Positions 30,178 through 39,711 of a stretch of DNA of 64,000 bases are shown in pieces (position 1 is the stretch's first letter; the number at the start of each line of letters is the position of its first letter). The notes beneath the pieces were generated by a model that worked only from the letters and a program-made list of their open reading frames with translations, was not told the DNA's origin and ran no database searches. Origin of the DNA: Bacteroidota bacterium (GTDB lineage Bacteria > Bacteroidota > Bacteroidia > NS11-12g > UBA955); assembly GCA_030833525.1 (NCBI GenBank), contig JAURGZ010000001.1, positions 538 through 64,537 on the forward strand, read 5' to 3'. The translations under genes and the position numbers were made by a program.

Positions 30178-31001
30178 TGAAAATCACGCCCATTGCCACA
30201 GGTTTTTTCAAATTGGATGGAGGGGCCATGTTTGGCACCGTTCCCAAGAGCATTTGGAACAAACTCAATCCCGCAGACGAAAACAACCTTTGCCAATGGG
30301 CGATGCGTTGTTTGCTCATTCAATACGGAGATCGAAACATATTAATCGATACAGGCATTGGGCGCAAACAGAGCGAGAAGTTCTTTTCTTTCTACCAGTT
30401 GAGCGGTGAAGACAGCCTGTTGAGTAGCCTGGATGCAGCGGGTCTGCAACCCTGCGATATCACCGATTTGGTGTTGACGCACCTGCATTTTGATCACGTG
30501 GGTGGGGCCGTGAGCCGAGGCGAATCAGGTGAACTGCAACCCACCTTTGCCAATGCGGCCGTTCACGTAACCGAAGCTCAGTGGAAACACGCTCACAACA
30601 GCAATCCCCGCGAGAAAGCCTCATTCTTGGAAGAGAATTACCAAGCATTGGCAGACCGTTTGGTGATGGTTCAAGAAGGCCAAGAGTTTTTGCCGGGGCT
30701 TGAAGCTTGTGTATTTGATGGTCATACGCTGGGAATGCTGTGTCCCATGATTCACACGGCAGAAGGTCCCCTGTTGTACGCGGCTGATTTGTACCCTTCG
30801 GTGGCGCATATTCCCGCGAACTACGTCATGGGATATGACATACAGCCCTTGATCACCATGCAAGAACGCTCCCGAATGAATGAGAGAGCGGTCAGCGAAG
30901 GCATTCGGTTCTTCTTTGAACACGATGCACGCTGCATCTCAGCGGCCCTAACCCAAGATGAACGAGGTCGCTTTGTGGCTTGCGACTCTGTTTTGCCCTA
31001 A
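30177..31001 (+). CDS. MBL-fold metallohydrolase (YtnP/lactonase-like)
   Basis: LDGGAMFG, THLHFDHVGG, GHT and FFEHD. Confidence 0.88.
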   Translation: MKITPIATGFFKLDGGAMFGTVPKSIWNKLNPADENNLCQWAMRCLLIQYGDRNILIDTGIGRKQSEKFFSFYQLSGEDSLLSSLDAAGLQPCDITDLVLTHLHFDHVGGAVSRGESGELQPTFANAAVHVTEAQWKHAHNSNPREKASFLEENYQALADRLVMVQEGQEFLPGLEACVFDGHTLGMLCPMIHTAEGPLLYAADLYPSVAHIPANYVMGYDIQPLITMQERSRMNERAVSEGIRFFFEHDARCISAALTQDERGRFVACDSVLP

Positions 31002-31014
31002 GGCTGAATGCCTG

Positions 31015-33801
31015 TTACTGGGCCAATCCGTATTTTTTCAAATCCAAGATTTCTCCCGTGGCCGTTTCGTACACGATGGCAATGCTTTGAATGCAGGCTT
31101 GCTGTTCAGCCGCGGTGGTAGCCGCCGAAAGCGAACCGGCACTGCGCCATTGCTTGCTGTTGTAAGCATCGCTCTTGGCTCCATACACTTGTGAACCCAA
31201 TTGGTAGATGCGAGCATCTAAGGGATTGAGCTTCATGGATTCTGTCAGGCTAGCCAAGGATTCGTCGTATTGGCCTGCTGAGGCTTCATAAGCCGCGCGC
31301 ATGTAATAGCCTTCAGCATCGCCGGGGCGGCTCTCGAGATACGTGTTCATGCAGGCTATGGCTTGGTCGAATTGGCGCAATCCGCCGTGAAACTCGGCTT
31401 TGGCAAACAAGGCCTTGCTGTATTCGGGAAACAGCTTCAAGCTGTTGTCCATGCAGATGATGGCTGAATCCATGTTCCCACTGTTGGCGTAGGCCATGCC
31501 CATGTAAAAATGGGTTTCGCTGTTGCGCGCATCGAGTTTGTGATAGGCTTTAAAATGCTCTATGCCTTCAGCAAATCGACTGCTCATGACCGCTTGAATG
31601 CCCTTGAGGTCTTCGCGGCTTTTGCGCTCAATGACCCAGCCCATGGGTTTCCCATCTACCATTGGGCTGTACAGGGTTCCCCAAACGGGAATTTCGTTGT
31701 TCAATCGCGCTTCGTCGAAGTAGGCATTGTAAAAAATAGCGTAATCCCAATCTTTACCGGCCCGGTCGTCAAAACGCGTATAACCCACGTGAACGTTGCT
31801 ATCGTGGCGCATGTAATACTTGACCTGGTCCATGCCGTAGGTCAATACGGTGTATTTCTTGTTGGGGTTCTTGCGGGCAATGTTCTCCAAAAACCATTCA
31901 GAAGATGGGCGCAAGCTGGCCAGGTAATAATCCATCTCGTATTTCCCATAGGCCCCTTGGGTTCCCCCCACGGTTTCGTTGAAGTACACGTAGCTCAAGG
32001 GGTGATTTTGAGCGACAAAACTGGCGGGAAGTGCGCATCCGGCCAGGGCCAAGCCTGGAACGGCAAACGCAGCCCAGCGGGCTTTCAAGGCTTTTTCCAA
32101 GGACCAGAATCCCACGGCAGCTCCCGCTACAAAGAGGGGAAGGGTGAAGAGGATTTGGCGCAATCCGCCGTAGACCTGCGAATGGTTGTAGAAGATGTAG
32201 GCAATGGGGAAAATAGCGGCAAACAGAATCAAGCCTTGGCTGCCGTCTTTTTTCCAATAGCGGGGAAAGAACACCAAGAACAAGGCAAATCCCAACAGGC
32301 TGATCAAGGGTAAGGTGATGGCCACATACTGCATCAAATAGGTGCGGGGAAGCATGTTGGAATCGTAAATGACACCGTCGAACAGCTGCCGAATGCTGCC
32401 CTGATAATTGGTAAAGGCTTCCAAGGCAGCGAAGGGATTGCTCAGCGGAGCATCCCAGCCATAGGGCCATGCATAGATGCCCATGAAGAAGGAAAGCAGG
32501 GCAAACAGCGCCAGGGCCACGATCCAGCGAAGTCCACCGGTCCATTTCAATCGCAAGAAGGAACCCAGCTCAATGCGACGCACGTAGCTCAGCACCCCGT
32601 ACAAACCAATGATGGCGATGGAAAGCAAACCTCCAATGCGAATGGAAATGCCCAATGCGGTGAAAAACACCAAGCCCAGGGCCGTCGAAGGCTGCACCCG
32701 GGGAAATTGGCGAAAGAATTTCACCGAGTAATACAAAGACGCTACATACCCCAAGGCGAAGGGAATGTCTTTGGGATTGTTCAGGGCTTCGCCCAGCAAG
32801 CGAGGGGTGAAAAACAGCAACAGCAGCGATATCCAGGCATATTTCCAAGATCCACCGGTCACTTGCCGAACCAACAATGCCCCAAAAAATAGGGTAAAGA
32901 AGCCAAACATGGCGTTCCACCAGTGCCGAAATTCCATGATGTCATCGGTGCCTACGGCATGCCCCAACAGGGTGGTAAAGGTGTCAAAACTGGACCCGTA
33001 CAAGTGCATCAAACGCTCAGGGTCAACCAAAGTCGCAGTATTGGCGCCTTCCTGAGCATAGGCCCGCGCCAAGGTGTTCATTTTTTGCCCTTTCAAAGCC
33101 AGGGTATCTACGGGTATGCTCATGCCCACCTTGTCGAGCAAGTAATTGGCCGTGAGCTTGGAATATTCGTACTGCGTGAATTCGTCACCCGAGATGGCGG
33201 CATCGCGGCTCATGGTCAACATGCCCACCAATAGCAGAAGGGCCAGGGTTAGAAAACCCGTGCGGTGCAAATTCCCGTCGACTTTTCCATAATAACGAAG
33301 GCTTCGACGGCATTTTTCGCTGAGCAGAGCCATGGCCGTGCTTTTGGAATTGGCTTTTCCCTGTTCAACTACGCGAATGGGAGCGGTTAATTTTCCTAAG
33401 GCATAATGCAAATCAGATTCAGTCGCAGGAGAGAATCCTTCTTCAGCAAAAGCCGCTGCGGCCTGAATGGGCATCCATGCCATGCGGGTATCTGAGGCGT
33501 CTTGCTCGCTGCCGTGAAACAGCGATTTCCAATCGAAACCCGGTACCAAACTGCCGGTTCGAACCACTGCGTCACCCCGATAGGCTTCGCTCAGTTTATT
33601 GAAATCAGCTGCATTGGCCTGCCCGGTTGCAATGGCGTAAACCTCGCAGTTGGCGCTTTGAATGGCGTTTTTCCATTCGCTTAAGCTGCGGTAAACCTGG
33701 ACCTTCTCAGGCCACTGGGTCTGCGATTCGCTCAACAACCAAAGGGCCGTACTAGGGGTCTGATTTGCGGTTGTCGCTTGGGATTTCTTGCTAGAAGCCA
33801 T
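31015..33801 (-). CDS. Multi-pass GT-C (PMT/GT39-like) glycosyltransferase with C-terminal TPR repeats
   Basis: SGDE after the first TM helix, roughly a dozen TM segments, NNPKDIPFA, YVYFNE..YEMDYY, then TPR-like helical repeats. Confidence 0.75.
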   Translation of the reverse strand: MASSKKSQATTANQTPSTALWLLSESQTQWPEKVQVYRSLSEWKNAIQSANCEVYAIATGQANAADFNKLSEAYRGDAVVRTGSLVPGFDWKSLFHGSEQDASDTRMAWMPIQAAAAFAEEGFSPATESDLHYALGKLTAPIRVVEQGKANSKSTAMALLSEKCRRSLRYYGKVDGNLHRTGFLTLALLLLVGMLTMSRDAAISGDEFTQYEYSKLTANYLLDKVGMSIPVDTLALKGQKMNTLARAYAQEGANTATLVDPERLMHLYGSSFDTFTTLLGHAVGTDDIMEFRHWWNAMFGFFTLFFGALLVRQVTGGSWKYAWISLLLLFFTPRLLGEALNNPKDIPFALGYVASLYYSVKFFRQFPRVQPSTALGLVFFTALGISIRIGGLLSIAIIGLYGVLSYVRRIELGSFLRLKWTGGLRWIVALALFALLSFFMGIYAWPYGWDAPLSNPFAALEAFTNYQGSIRQLFDGVIYDSNMLPRTYLMQYVAITLPLISLLGFALFLVFFPRYWKKDGSQGLILFAAIFPIAYIFYNHSQVYGGLRQILFTLPLFVAGAAVGFWSLEKALKARWAAFAVPGLALAGCALPASFVAQNHPLSYVYFNETVGGTQGAYGKYEMDYYLASLRPSSEWFLENIARKNPNKKYTVLTYGMDQVKYYMRHDSNVHVGYTRFDDRAGKDWDYAIFYNAYFDEARLNNEIPVWGTLYSPMVDGKPMGWVIERKSREDLKGIQAVMSSRFAEGIEHFKAYHKLDARNSETHFYMGMAYANSGNMDSAIICMDNSLKLFPEYSKALFAKAEFHGGLRQFDQAIACMNTYLESRPGDAEGYYMRAAYEASAGQYDESLASLTESMKLNPLDARIYQLGSQVYGAKSDAYNSKQWRSAGSLSAATTAAEQQACIQSIAIVYETATGEILDLKKYGLAQ

Positions 33802-33870
33802 AGAAAGGCAAACTTAATTGACACAATTGGCAATTGGCAACTCCTTGTACAAGTTGTTTCTTTGCACTCA

Positions 33871-34881
33871 ATGCTAGGAATAGGAATAGTGGGCTTGGGT
33901 TACTGGGGTCCCAATTTGGTTCGCAATTTTTCAGCGGCTGCTGAAGCTGAGGTTCGCTGCGTGGCTGATCGCGACGCCGCCCGTCTTCAGAAGATTCACA
34001 GTTTGTACCCGGCGGTTGACCTGCTCAGCGAGGCCACCGAGGTCTTTCAGCGCAGCGACATCGATGCCGTGGTGCTGGCTACGCCCATCAATACCCATTT
34101 CCCATTGGCGAAAATGGCTTTAGAAGCGGGCAAGCACGTGCTGGTAGAAAAGCCTTTGGCCACAAGCCGTGCCGAAGTGTTGGAATTGATGGAAATTGCC
34201 GACCGCAAAGGCTTGCAACTCATGGTTGATCATACCTTCCTTTACACGGGGGCGGTTCAGAAAATCAAGTCGCTGGTGGATTCTGGCGAATTGGGTGAAC
34301 TGCAATACTTCGATTCTACGCGCATCAACTTGGGTTTGTTCAATCCCAATTGGAGTGTGATTTGGGACCTCGCGGTACACGACTTGTCCATTTTCGATTA
34401 CATCTCATCGGGGAAAAAACCGGTTGCCGTAAGCGCTACGGGTATTTCCCATACCCAAATGGGCATTGAAGACATTGCCTACATTTCCCTGTTTTTCAAC
34501 GATAGCACCATCGCTCATATCACCTCGAGCTGGATCAGCCCGGTGAAAATTCGAAAAACAATGATCGGTGGTTCGAAAAAGATGGTGATTTACGATGACG
34601 TGGAGCCTACTGAGAAAATCAAAATTTACGACAGTGGTTTTTCTGTGAGCTCTCCCGAAGACATGCACCGCTGGTTGGTCGATTACCGTTTTGGCGATAT
34701 CGCCATTCCCAAAATTGCTCAAACCGAAGCCCTGCTTGGGGTTGCGCAAGATTTTGTGTCAGCCATTGTACGTGGGACTCGACCCATAAGCGACCGGGAA
34801 AGCGGGTTGAATGTGGTGACCATATTGGAAGCCGCCCAGCAAAGCGTCAAGCAGCGGGGGCAGACGGTTTCGCTGGTATAG
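33871..34881 (+). CDS. Gfo/Idh/MocA family oxidoreductase
   Basis: GLGYWG, GKHVLVEKPLA and WDLAVHDLS. Confidence 0.9.
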   Translation: MLGIGIVGLGYWGPNLVRNFSAAAEAEVRCVADRDAARLQKIHSLYPAVDLLSEATEVFQRSDIDAVVLATPINTHFPLAKMALEAGKHVLVEKPLATSRAEVLELMEIADRKGLQLMVDHTFLYTGAVQKIKSLVDSGELGELQYFDSTRINLGLFNPNWSVIWDLAVHDLSIFDYISSGKKPVAVSATGISHTQMGIEDIAYISLFFNDSTIAHITSSWISPVKIRKTMIGGSKKMVIYDDVEPTEKIKIYDSGFSVSSPEDMHRWLVDYRFGDIAIPKIAQTEALLGVAQDFVSAIVRGTRPISDRESGLNVVTILEAAQQSVKQRGQTVSLV

Positions 34882-34901
34882 GAAATTTGCATTCCGTATG
34901 C

Positions 34902-34927
34902 TAATTTTGCCGCCCATTCAAAGGAGG
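34902..34927 (+). promoter_or_regulatory. rpsA -7 promoter (TAATTTTG) and Shine-Dalgarno-like AAGGAGG
   Basis: taattttg at 34902-34909. aaggagg at 34921-34927, 10 nt before TTG at 34938. Confidence 0.6.
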
Positions 34928-34937
34928 AACCTTTAAC

Positions 34938-37076
34938 TTGATTAACGAAGAAAACATTCAACAAACCGAAGAAGCTCCCGTAGTTTCTACCCCTGCGAAG
35001 GCCAAGAAGGCCGATGTACAGGTTGTGTCTGCCCACGATGATTTCGATTGGGACGCGGACGACGCTGGATTCCAAACCTACAGCGCTACCGAGCGCCAAG
35101 CTTTGGCATCGGCTTACACCAACACCTTTAACCCCATTACCGAAAAACAGGTAGTGAAAGGCAAAGTAGTAGCCATCAACGACAAAGACGTAGTGGTGAA
35201 CATCGGCTTCAAAAGCGACGGCATGGTGCCTCGCCAAGAATTCCGTGATGTGCCTGAGTTGGCCGTAGGGGATGACGTTGAAGTATTCATTGATATCGCT
35301 GAAGACCGCATGGGTCAATTGATTTTGAGCCGCCGCAAAGCTTTGCAAGAAACGGCTTGGGATAAGATTGTAGAAGCCCACGAAAGCGACGCTATCGTAA
35401 CTGGTTTCGTGCGTTCTCGCACCAAAGGCGGTTTGGTGGTTGATGTATTCGGGTTCGATACGTTCTTGCCCGGTTCTCAAATCGATACCAAGCCTGTTCG
35501 TGATTACGACCAGTATGTAGGTAAAAACATGGATTTCAAGATTGTGAAGATCAACGACGTTTACAAAAACGTTGTGGTTTCTCACAAGGCCTTGATCGAA
35601 GACGATATTGAAGCGCAGAAATCTGAAATTTTGTCCAAGTTGGAAAAAGGACAAGTGATCGAGGGTGTCGTGAAGAACATGACCACCTTTGGTGTATTTG
35701 TTGACTTGGGTGGAATTGACGGTTTGTTGCACATCACCGATATCTCTTGGGGCCGCATCAATCACCCTGAAGAGGTGTTGAAGTTGGACGAGAAGATCCA
35801 GGTAGTAATCTTGGATTACGACGATACCAAGAAGCGTATTTCTTTGGGATTGAAGCAGTTGACTTCACATCCTTGGGACAATTTGGCCATCGATATTTCA
35901 GAAGGCTCCAAAGTAAAAGGCCGCGTAGTATCTGTAGCCGATTACGGAGCATTCGTAGAAATCACCCCCGGTGTAGAAGGTTTGGTTCACGTAAGCGAAA
36001 TGAGCTGGAGCTCTCACTTGCGCAACCCATCAGAATACTTGCAGGTTGGTGAGGAAATCGAAGCTGTCGTTATTTCTTTGGACCGCAACGAACACAAAAT
36101 GAGCTTGGGCATCAAGCAGTTGACTCAAGATCCTTGGGTTGATATCGCCGCTCGTTACCCCATCGATAGCAAGCACACCGGTTTGGTTAAGAATTTGACC
36201 TCATACGGCTTGTTCTTGGAATTGGAAGAGGGAATCGACGGTTTGGTTCACGTTTCAGATTTGAGCTGGAACAAGAAAATCAAGCACCCCAGCGAATTCA
36301 CCAAGAAAGGTGAAAAGATGGAAGTGGTTGTATTGGAAGTGGACGAAGAAAACCGCCGCTTGAGCTTGGGTCACAAGCAATTGGAGGAGAATCCTTGGGA
36401 GACCTTCGAATCCATCTTTACGATCGGATCGGTTCACCAGGGTACATTGACCTCTATCAACGACAAGGGCGCTACTGTTCAAATGCAGTATGGTGTAGAG
36501 GCATTTGCTCCTACTCGCCACTTGAAGAAAGAAGACAACAGCGCAGCCAAAGAAGACGAAGTGATGGATTTCGAAATCATCGAGTTCAGCAAAGACGCCA
36601 AGCGCATCATCGTTTCTCACACGAATTTGTGGAAAGGTGCTGAGCGTGAGCGCGTAAAAGCTGATAAAGATGGCAAAGACAAAGCCCGTCGCAGCGCTTC
36701 TAAAGCCGTTAAGAAAATCAATCAAACCCAAGAGCGTAGCACCATGGGTGAGTTGGATGCATTGGCCGAATTGCGTGCGCAGTTTGAAAAAGCCGAGCGT
36801 TCAGCCGCCGCTGCTGCTCCCAAAGCGGAGAAAGCCGCAGCCCCAAAGGCTGAAAAAGTGGCTCCCGCTAAGGAACAAGCTTCTGTTGAGCAGGGTGATT
36901 TGAAATCTTTGAGCGGTTTGGGTCCTGCTATGGAAAAGCGTTTGAAAGAACAAGGTGTAAACAGCGTAGCTGATTTGACTGCCTTGGACGAAGCTAAGAT
37001 CGCGAGCATCGTGGAAGCCGATGCCAAAATCTCAGCTGACGCTTTGAACAAGTGGATCGCTGAAGCCAAAGGCTAA
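34938..37076 (+). CDS. rpsA: 30S ribosomal protein S1 with C-terminal HhH-like extension
   Basis: Six S1 repeats (FGVFVDLGGIDGLLHITDISW, KKRISLGLKQ and similar). TTG start. Confidence 0.96.
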   Translation: MINEENIQQTEEAPVVSTPAKAKKADVQVVSAHDDFDWDADDAGFQTYSATERQALASAYTNTFNPITEKQVVKGKVVAINDKDVVVNIGFKSDGMVPRQEFRDVPELAVGDDVEVFIDIAEDRMGQLILSRRKALQETAWDKIVEAHESDAIVTGFVRSRTKGGLVVDVFGFDTFLPGSQIDTKPVRDYDQYVGKNMDFKIVKINDVYKNVVVSHKALIEDDIEAQKSEILSKLEKGQVIEGVVKNMTTFGVFVDLGGIDGLLHITDISWGRINHPEEVLKLDEKIQVVILDYDDTKKRISLGLKQLTSHPWDNLAIDISEGSKVKGRVVSVADYGAFVEITPGVEGLVHVSEMSWSSHLRNPSEYLQVGEEIEAVVISLDRNEHKMSLGIKQLTQDPWVDIAARYPIDSKHTGLVKNLTSYGLFLELEEGIDGLVHVSDLSWNKKIKHPSEFTKKGEKMEVVVLEVDEENRRLSLGHKQLEENPWETFESIFTIGSVHQGTLTSINDKGATVQMQYGVEAFAPTRHLKKEDNSAAKEDEVMDFEIIEFSKDAKRIIVSHTNLWKGAERERVKADKDGKDKARRSASKAVKKINQTQERSTMGELDALAELRAQFEKAERSAAAAAPKAEKAAAPKAEKVAPAKEQASVEQGDLKSLSGLGPAMEKRLKEQGVNSVADLTALDEAKIASIVEADAKISADALNKWIAEAKG

Positions 37077-37092
37077 TTAATTGCAATTTCTC

Positions 37093-37126
37093 AGAAAGCC
37101 CCGCCCATGGCGGGGCTTTCTTTTTT
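37093..37126 (+). terminator. Intrinsic terminator after rpsA
   Basis: agaaagccccgcc-cat-ggcggggctttct followed by a T-tract. Confidence 0.88.
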
Positions 37127-37168
37127 ACCCCAATCCCCAATTCTGTTGTATTTTTACCTTTCCCATCC

Positions 37169-37813
37169 ATGAATGAGCAACTGTTAGCCGCCATCGCCCT
37201 GAGTTTGCTTCACGGTTTGATTCCGAGCCATTGGTTGCCCTTGTTGGCTCTGTCCAAAAAGCAAAAGTGGTCTTTGTCTAAAACCTTAAGCTACACCGCT
37301 ATGGCGGGTATGGCCCATGCTGCCAGCACCATTTTGATTGGACTCGCTTTGATTTTTGGCTTTTCAGGCGCCTTGGTCTTTCTCAGCCAAGGTCAAGAGC
37401 CCTCCAATACGAGTTTGGTTCAAGGATTGGATTACTTGCCCGCCGTTTTGTTGATGGTGGTAGGGGGTGTTTTTTTATTCAAACATTACCGACATAAGCA
37501 CTTTCACGTGCACGGCATCAATAGCGATAAGAGAGGCATTGGGTTTTTGTTGGCATTGCTATTGGCCATGTTCCTATCGCCTTGCTTGGAAATTGAAGTA
37601 TTCTTCGTCACCTTGTTCGAACAACACGGTTTGTCTGCGGTTTATAAGCTCATCGCTGTTTACGGTTTCAGTACCATTCTTTCCATGTGCACGGGGGTTT
37701 GGATCATGTACAAAGGCATAGAGCGCTTTGATTCGCACAAGATTGAGCACAACGCGGGTATGATCAGCGGTTGGGTCTTGGTGCTCTCTGGTCTGATGAT
37801 GTGGCCATTTTAA
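37169..37813 (+). CDS. His-rich membrane protein, putative Ni/Co transporter (NicO/RcnA/UreH-like)
   Basis: LLHGLIPSHWLP, HYRHKHFHVH loop, LSPC and about 6 TM helices. Confidence 0.6.
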   Translation: MNEQLLAAIALSLLHGLIPSHWLPLLALSKKQKWSLSKTLSYTAMAGMAHAASTILIGLALIFGFSGALVFLSQGQEPSNTSLVQGLDYLPAVLLMVVGGVFLFKHYRHKHFHVHGINSDKRGIGFLLALLLAMFLSPCLEIEVFFVTLFEQHGLSAVYKLIAVYGFSTILSMCTGVWIMYKGIERFDSHKIEHNAGMISGWVLVLSGLMMWPF

Positions 37814-38550
37814 TCTTCCGTTTGGCCGAGAAATCGATCAATCCAGGAATGGGCCAGGTACAATAGGGGTAGCAGCACAACGGCCATGCCTACTTTGTAG
37901 AAATAATTCAAGGTACCTACTTGTAGAACCCATTTCAAGGGGAAACCTGCGCCCCACCAGAAGGCGATGACCAATACAACATAGCTGTCGATGAGCTGGC
38001 TAACCAGGGTTGACCCGGTGGCCCGAATCCAAATTTGATTGCTTGATTGGCTCGATTTCAATTTTTCAAATACGAAGGCATCGACCAATTGCCCCACTAA
38101 AAAGGCGACCAATGAACCCATGATGATGAACAGACCTTGCCCGAAAATCGCATTGAAGGCAGCGCTCATGTCGCTAAGTCCGCGGTTTTCGCCGCTATTG
38201 AGCCAAAAATCGGCCCCTTTGAGCTGCATGGCGATGCGCACCGTAATGAAGGCGTACACCAACATACCGGCGGCTAAGTAGCTCAAAAACTTCACGCCCT
38301 TTTTGCCGAAATATTCGTTGATCAAATCGGTCAAGATGAATACGAATGGCCAAAGTATCACCCCTGCGGTCATGTCGAAATTGAATGCGTCTCCAAAGAG
38401 GTTCCACTGAGCCGGTGCAATGCCCAAGGTCCCTTCCAAACTGAAGATTTTGGCTCCAATGAATTCGGCTACCAGGGCATTGGTTAAAAACAAAAAGCCC
38501 AAAATCGTGAATAAAACTTGGCGTTTGGACAGGGTAGGAGTTGACTGCAT
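37810..38550 (-). CDS. yhhQ: Queuosine precursor transporter (YhhQ/VUT family)
   Basis: KIF..FILTDLINEYFG, GSLVAFLVGQLVD and WIRATGSTLVSQLIDS. Confidence 0.88.
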   Translation of the reverse strand: MQSTPTLSKRQVLFTILGFLFLTNALVAEFIGAKIFSLEGTLGIAPAQWNLFGDAFNFDMTAGVILWPFVFILTDLINEYFGKKGVKFLSYLAAGMLVYAFITVRIAMQLKGADFWLNSGENRGLSDMSAAFNAIFGQGLFIIMGSLVAFLVGQLVDAFVFEKLKSSQSSNQIWIRATGSTLVSQLIDSYVVLVIAFWWGAGFPLKWVLQVGTLNYFYKVGMAVVLLPLLYLAHSWIDRFLGQTED

Positions 38551-38652
38551 AGGGCGTTACAAAGCACAAAGGTAGCCCGTGCTCGTTTATGATAATAGAC
38601 ACCCGAAAAAGCGGGGGGTAGACTTTGTGTTTTTGGATTGATTTTTGAAATC

Positions 38653-39711
38653 ATGTGCCGAGTGAAAATTGTTGTCGTTAGTTTGTTCCTTTGGTTTGCG
38701 GGGCCTTTGTGGGCCCAGTCTTCAATTTCGGCTCAGATGAAGGAAGGGCAACGGCATTTTGATGCGGGCCATTTCAAAGAGGCCTCTCTCTGTTTTTCCA
38801 AAGCCATTGAAAAATTGCCAGCTTCCAAACCGGGTCTTCAAAATCCTGAGTTGGCCATGGCCTACTATGCCCGTGCCCTGTGCCTGTTGAAGCTCAAAGA
38901 CAACGGTTCTGCGGTAGTGGATTTTAACAAATGCATTTTTCTAGACACTACTTTGCAGGAAGCCTATTACAACAGGGCCGTGGCCTATCATGCTACTCAG
39001 AACTACCACTTTGCCTTGGCTGATTTATCTCGTTTTTTAAGCTATCAACCAGCCGATACCTCGGCGCGTCAATTGCGCATGCGCATGGCTCAACAAATGA
39101 GTGAATTCGAATTGGCCGCCTCTGATGCTTGGTATTTGTACCGCTTGCAAGGGCAAGAACGCTTCTTTAAGGAATGGACCAACCACTGCTTGATGGGGGA
39201 ATTATGGGGACGATATGTTCTGGGTTCTGATACGGCGTTGCTGGAGCATCCGCAGTGGACATGGATACACATGGACCGCGCTTGGGCCTTGCATGTTCAA
39301 GGTTCCTACGAGCAAAGCCAAGGGGAGATATCCCTTTACATGACAGGCCGCGACCGCGAATTCTCGGCTTATCACTTGCAGGCTGACAACTGCACCTACA
39401 TGGGCGAGTACGAAAAGGCTCGGCAGATTTATTCAGAACTGATGGAAATGGAGCCCAATAACGCTGATTTATGGGTAGACGTGGCTCTGGTCTCATTGCA
39501 GGAAAAAGATTGGTCTCGGGCTGAAAAGGAGCTGACCAAGGCCATTTCAAGCAAGACCACGCTCTTGGCCTACGCATATTTATCTCGCGGAGTTGCGCGA
39601 TACGAGGCTGGAAAGCGGGCAGAGGCTTGCCAAGATTGGAACCGGGGCCATATGCTGGGGGATCCGGCGGCTGGTCATTATTTTCGAACCCGATGCAGCA
39701 CACAACCATGA
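38653..39711 (+). CDS. Exported tetratricopeptide repeat protein
   Basis: Signal peptide and TPR motifs (AYYARA, AYYNRA, AYLSRG..ACQDW). Start uncertain (38638 or 38653). Confidence 0.8.
   Translation: MCRVKIVVVSLFLWFAGPLWAQSSISAQMKEGQRHFDAGHFKEASLCFSKAIEKLPASKPGLQNPELAMAYYARALCLLKLKDNGSAVVDFNKCIFLDTTLQEAYYNRAVAYHATQNYHFALADLSRFLSYQPADTSARQLRMRMAQQMSEFELAASDAWYLYRLQGQERFFKEWTNHCLMGELWGRYVLGSDTALLEHPQWTWIHMDRAWALHVQGSYEQSQGEISLYMTGRDREFSAYHLQADNCTYMGEYEKARQIYSELMEMEPNNADLWVDVALVSLQEKDWSRAEKELTKAISSKTTLLAYAYLSRGVARYEAGKRAEACQDWNRGHMLGDPAAGHYFRTRCSTQP

Noticed and set aside
34719-35765. 348-aa ORF antisense to rpsA
   Set aside because: Long antisense frames are typical of strongly biased, highly expressed genes, and it has no protein-like motifs.
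38551-38640. preQ1 riboswitch upstream of yhhQ
   Set aside because: The -7 motif (38567-38574) is only 16 nt from the ATG, and no preQ1 consensus is visible.
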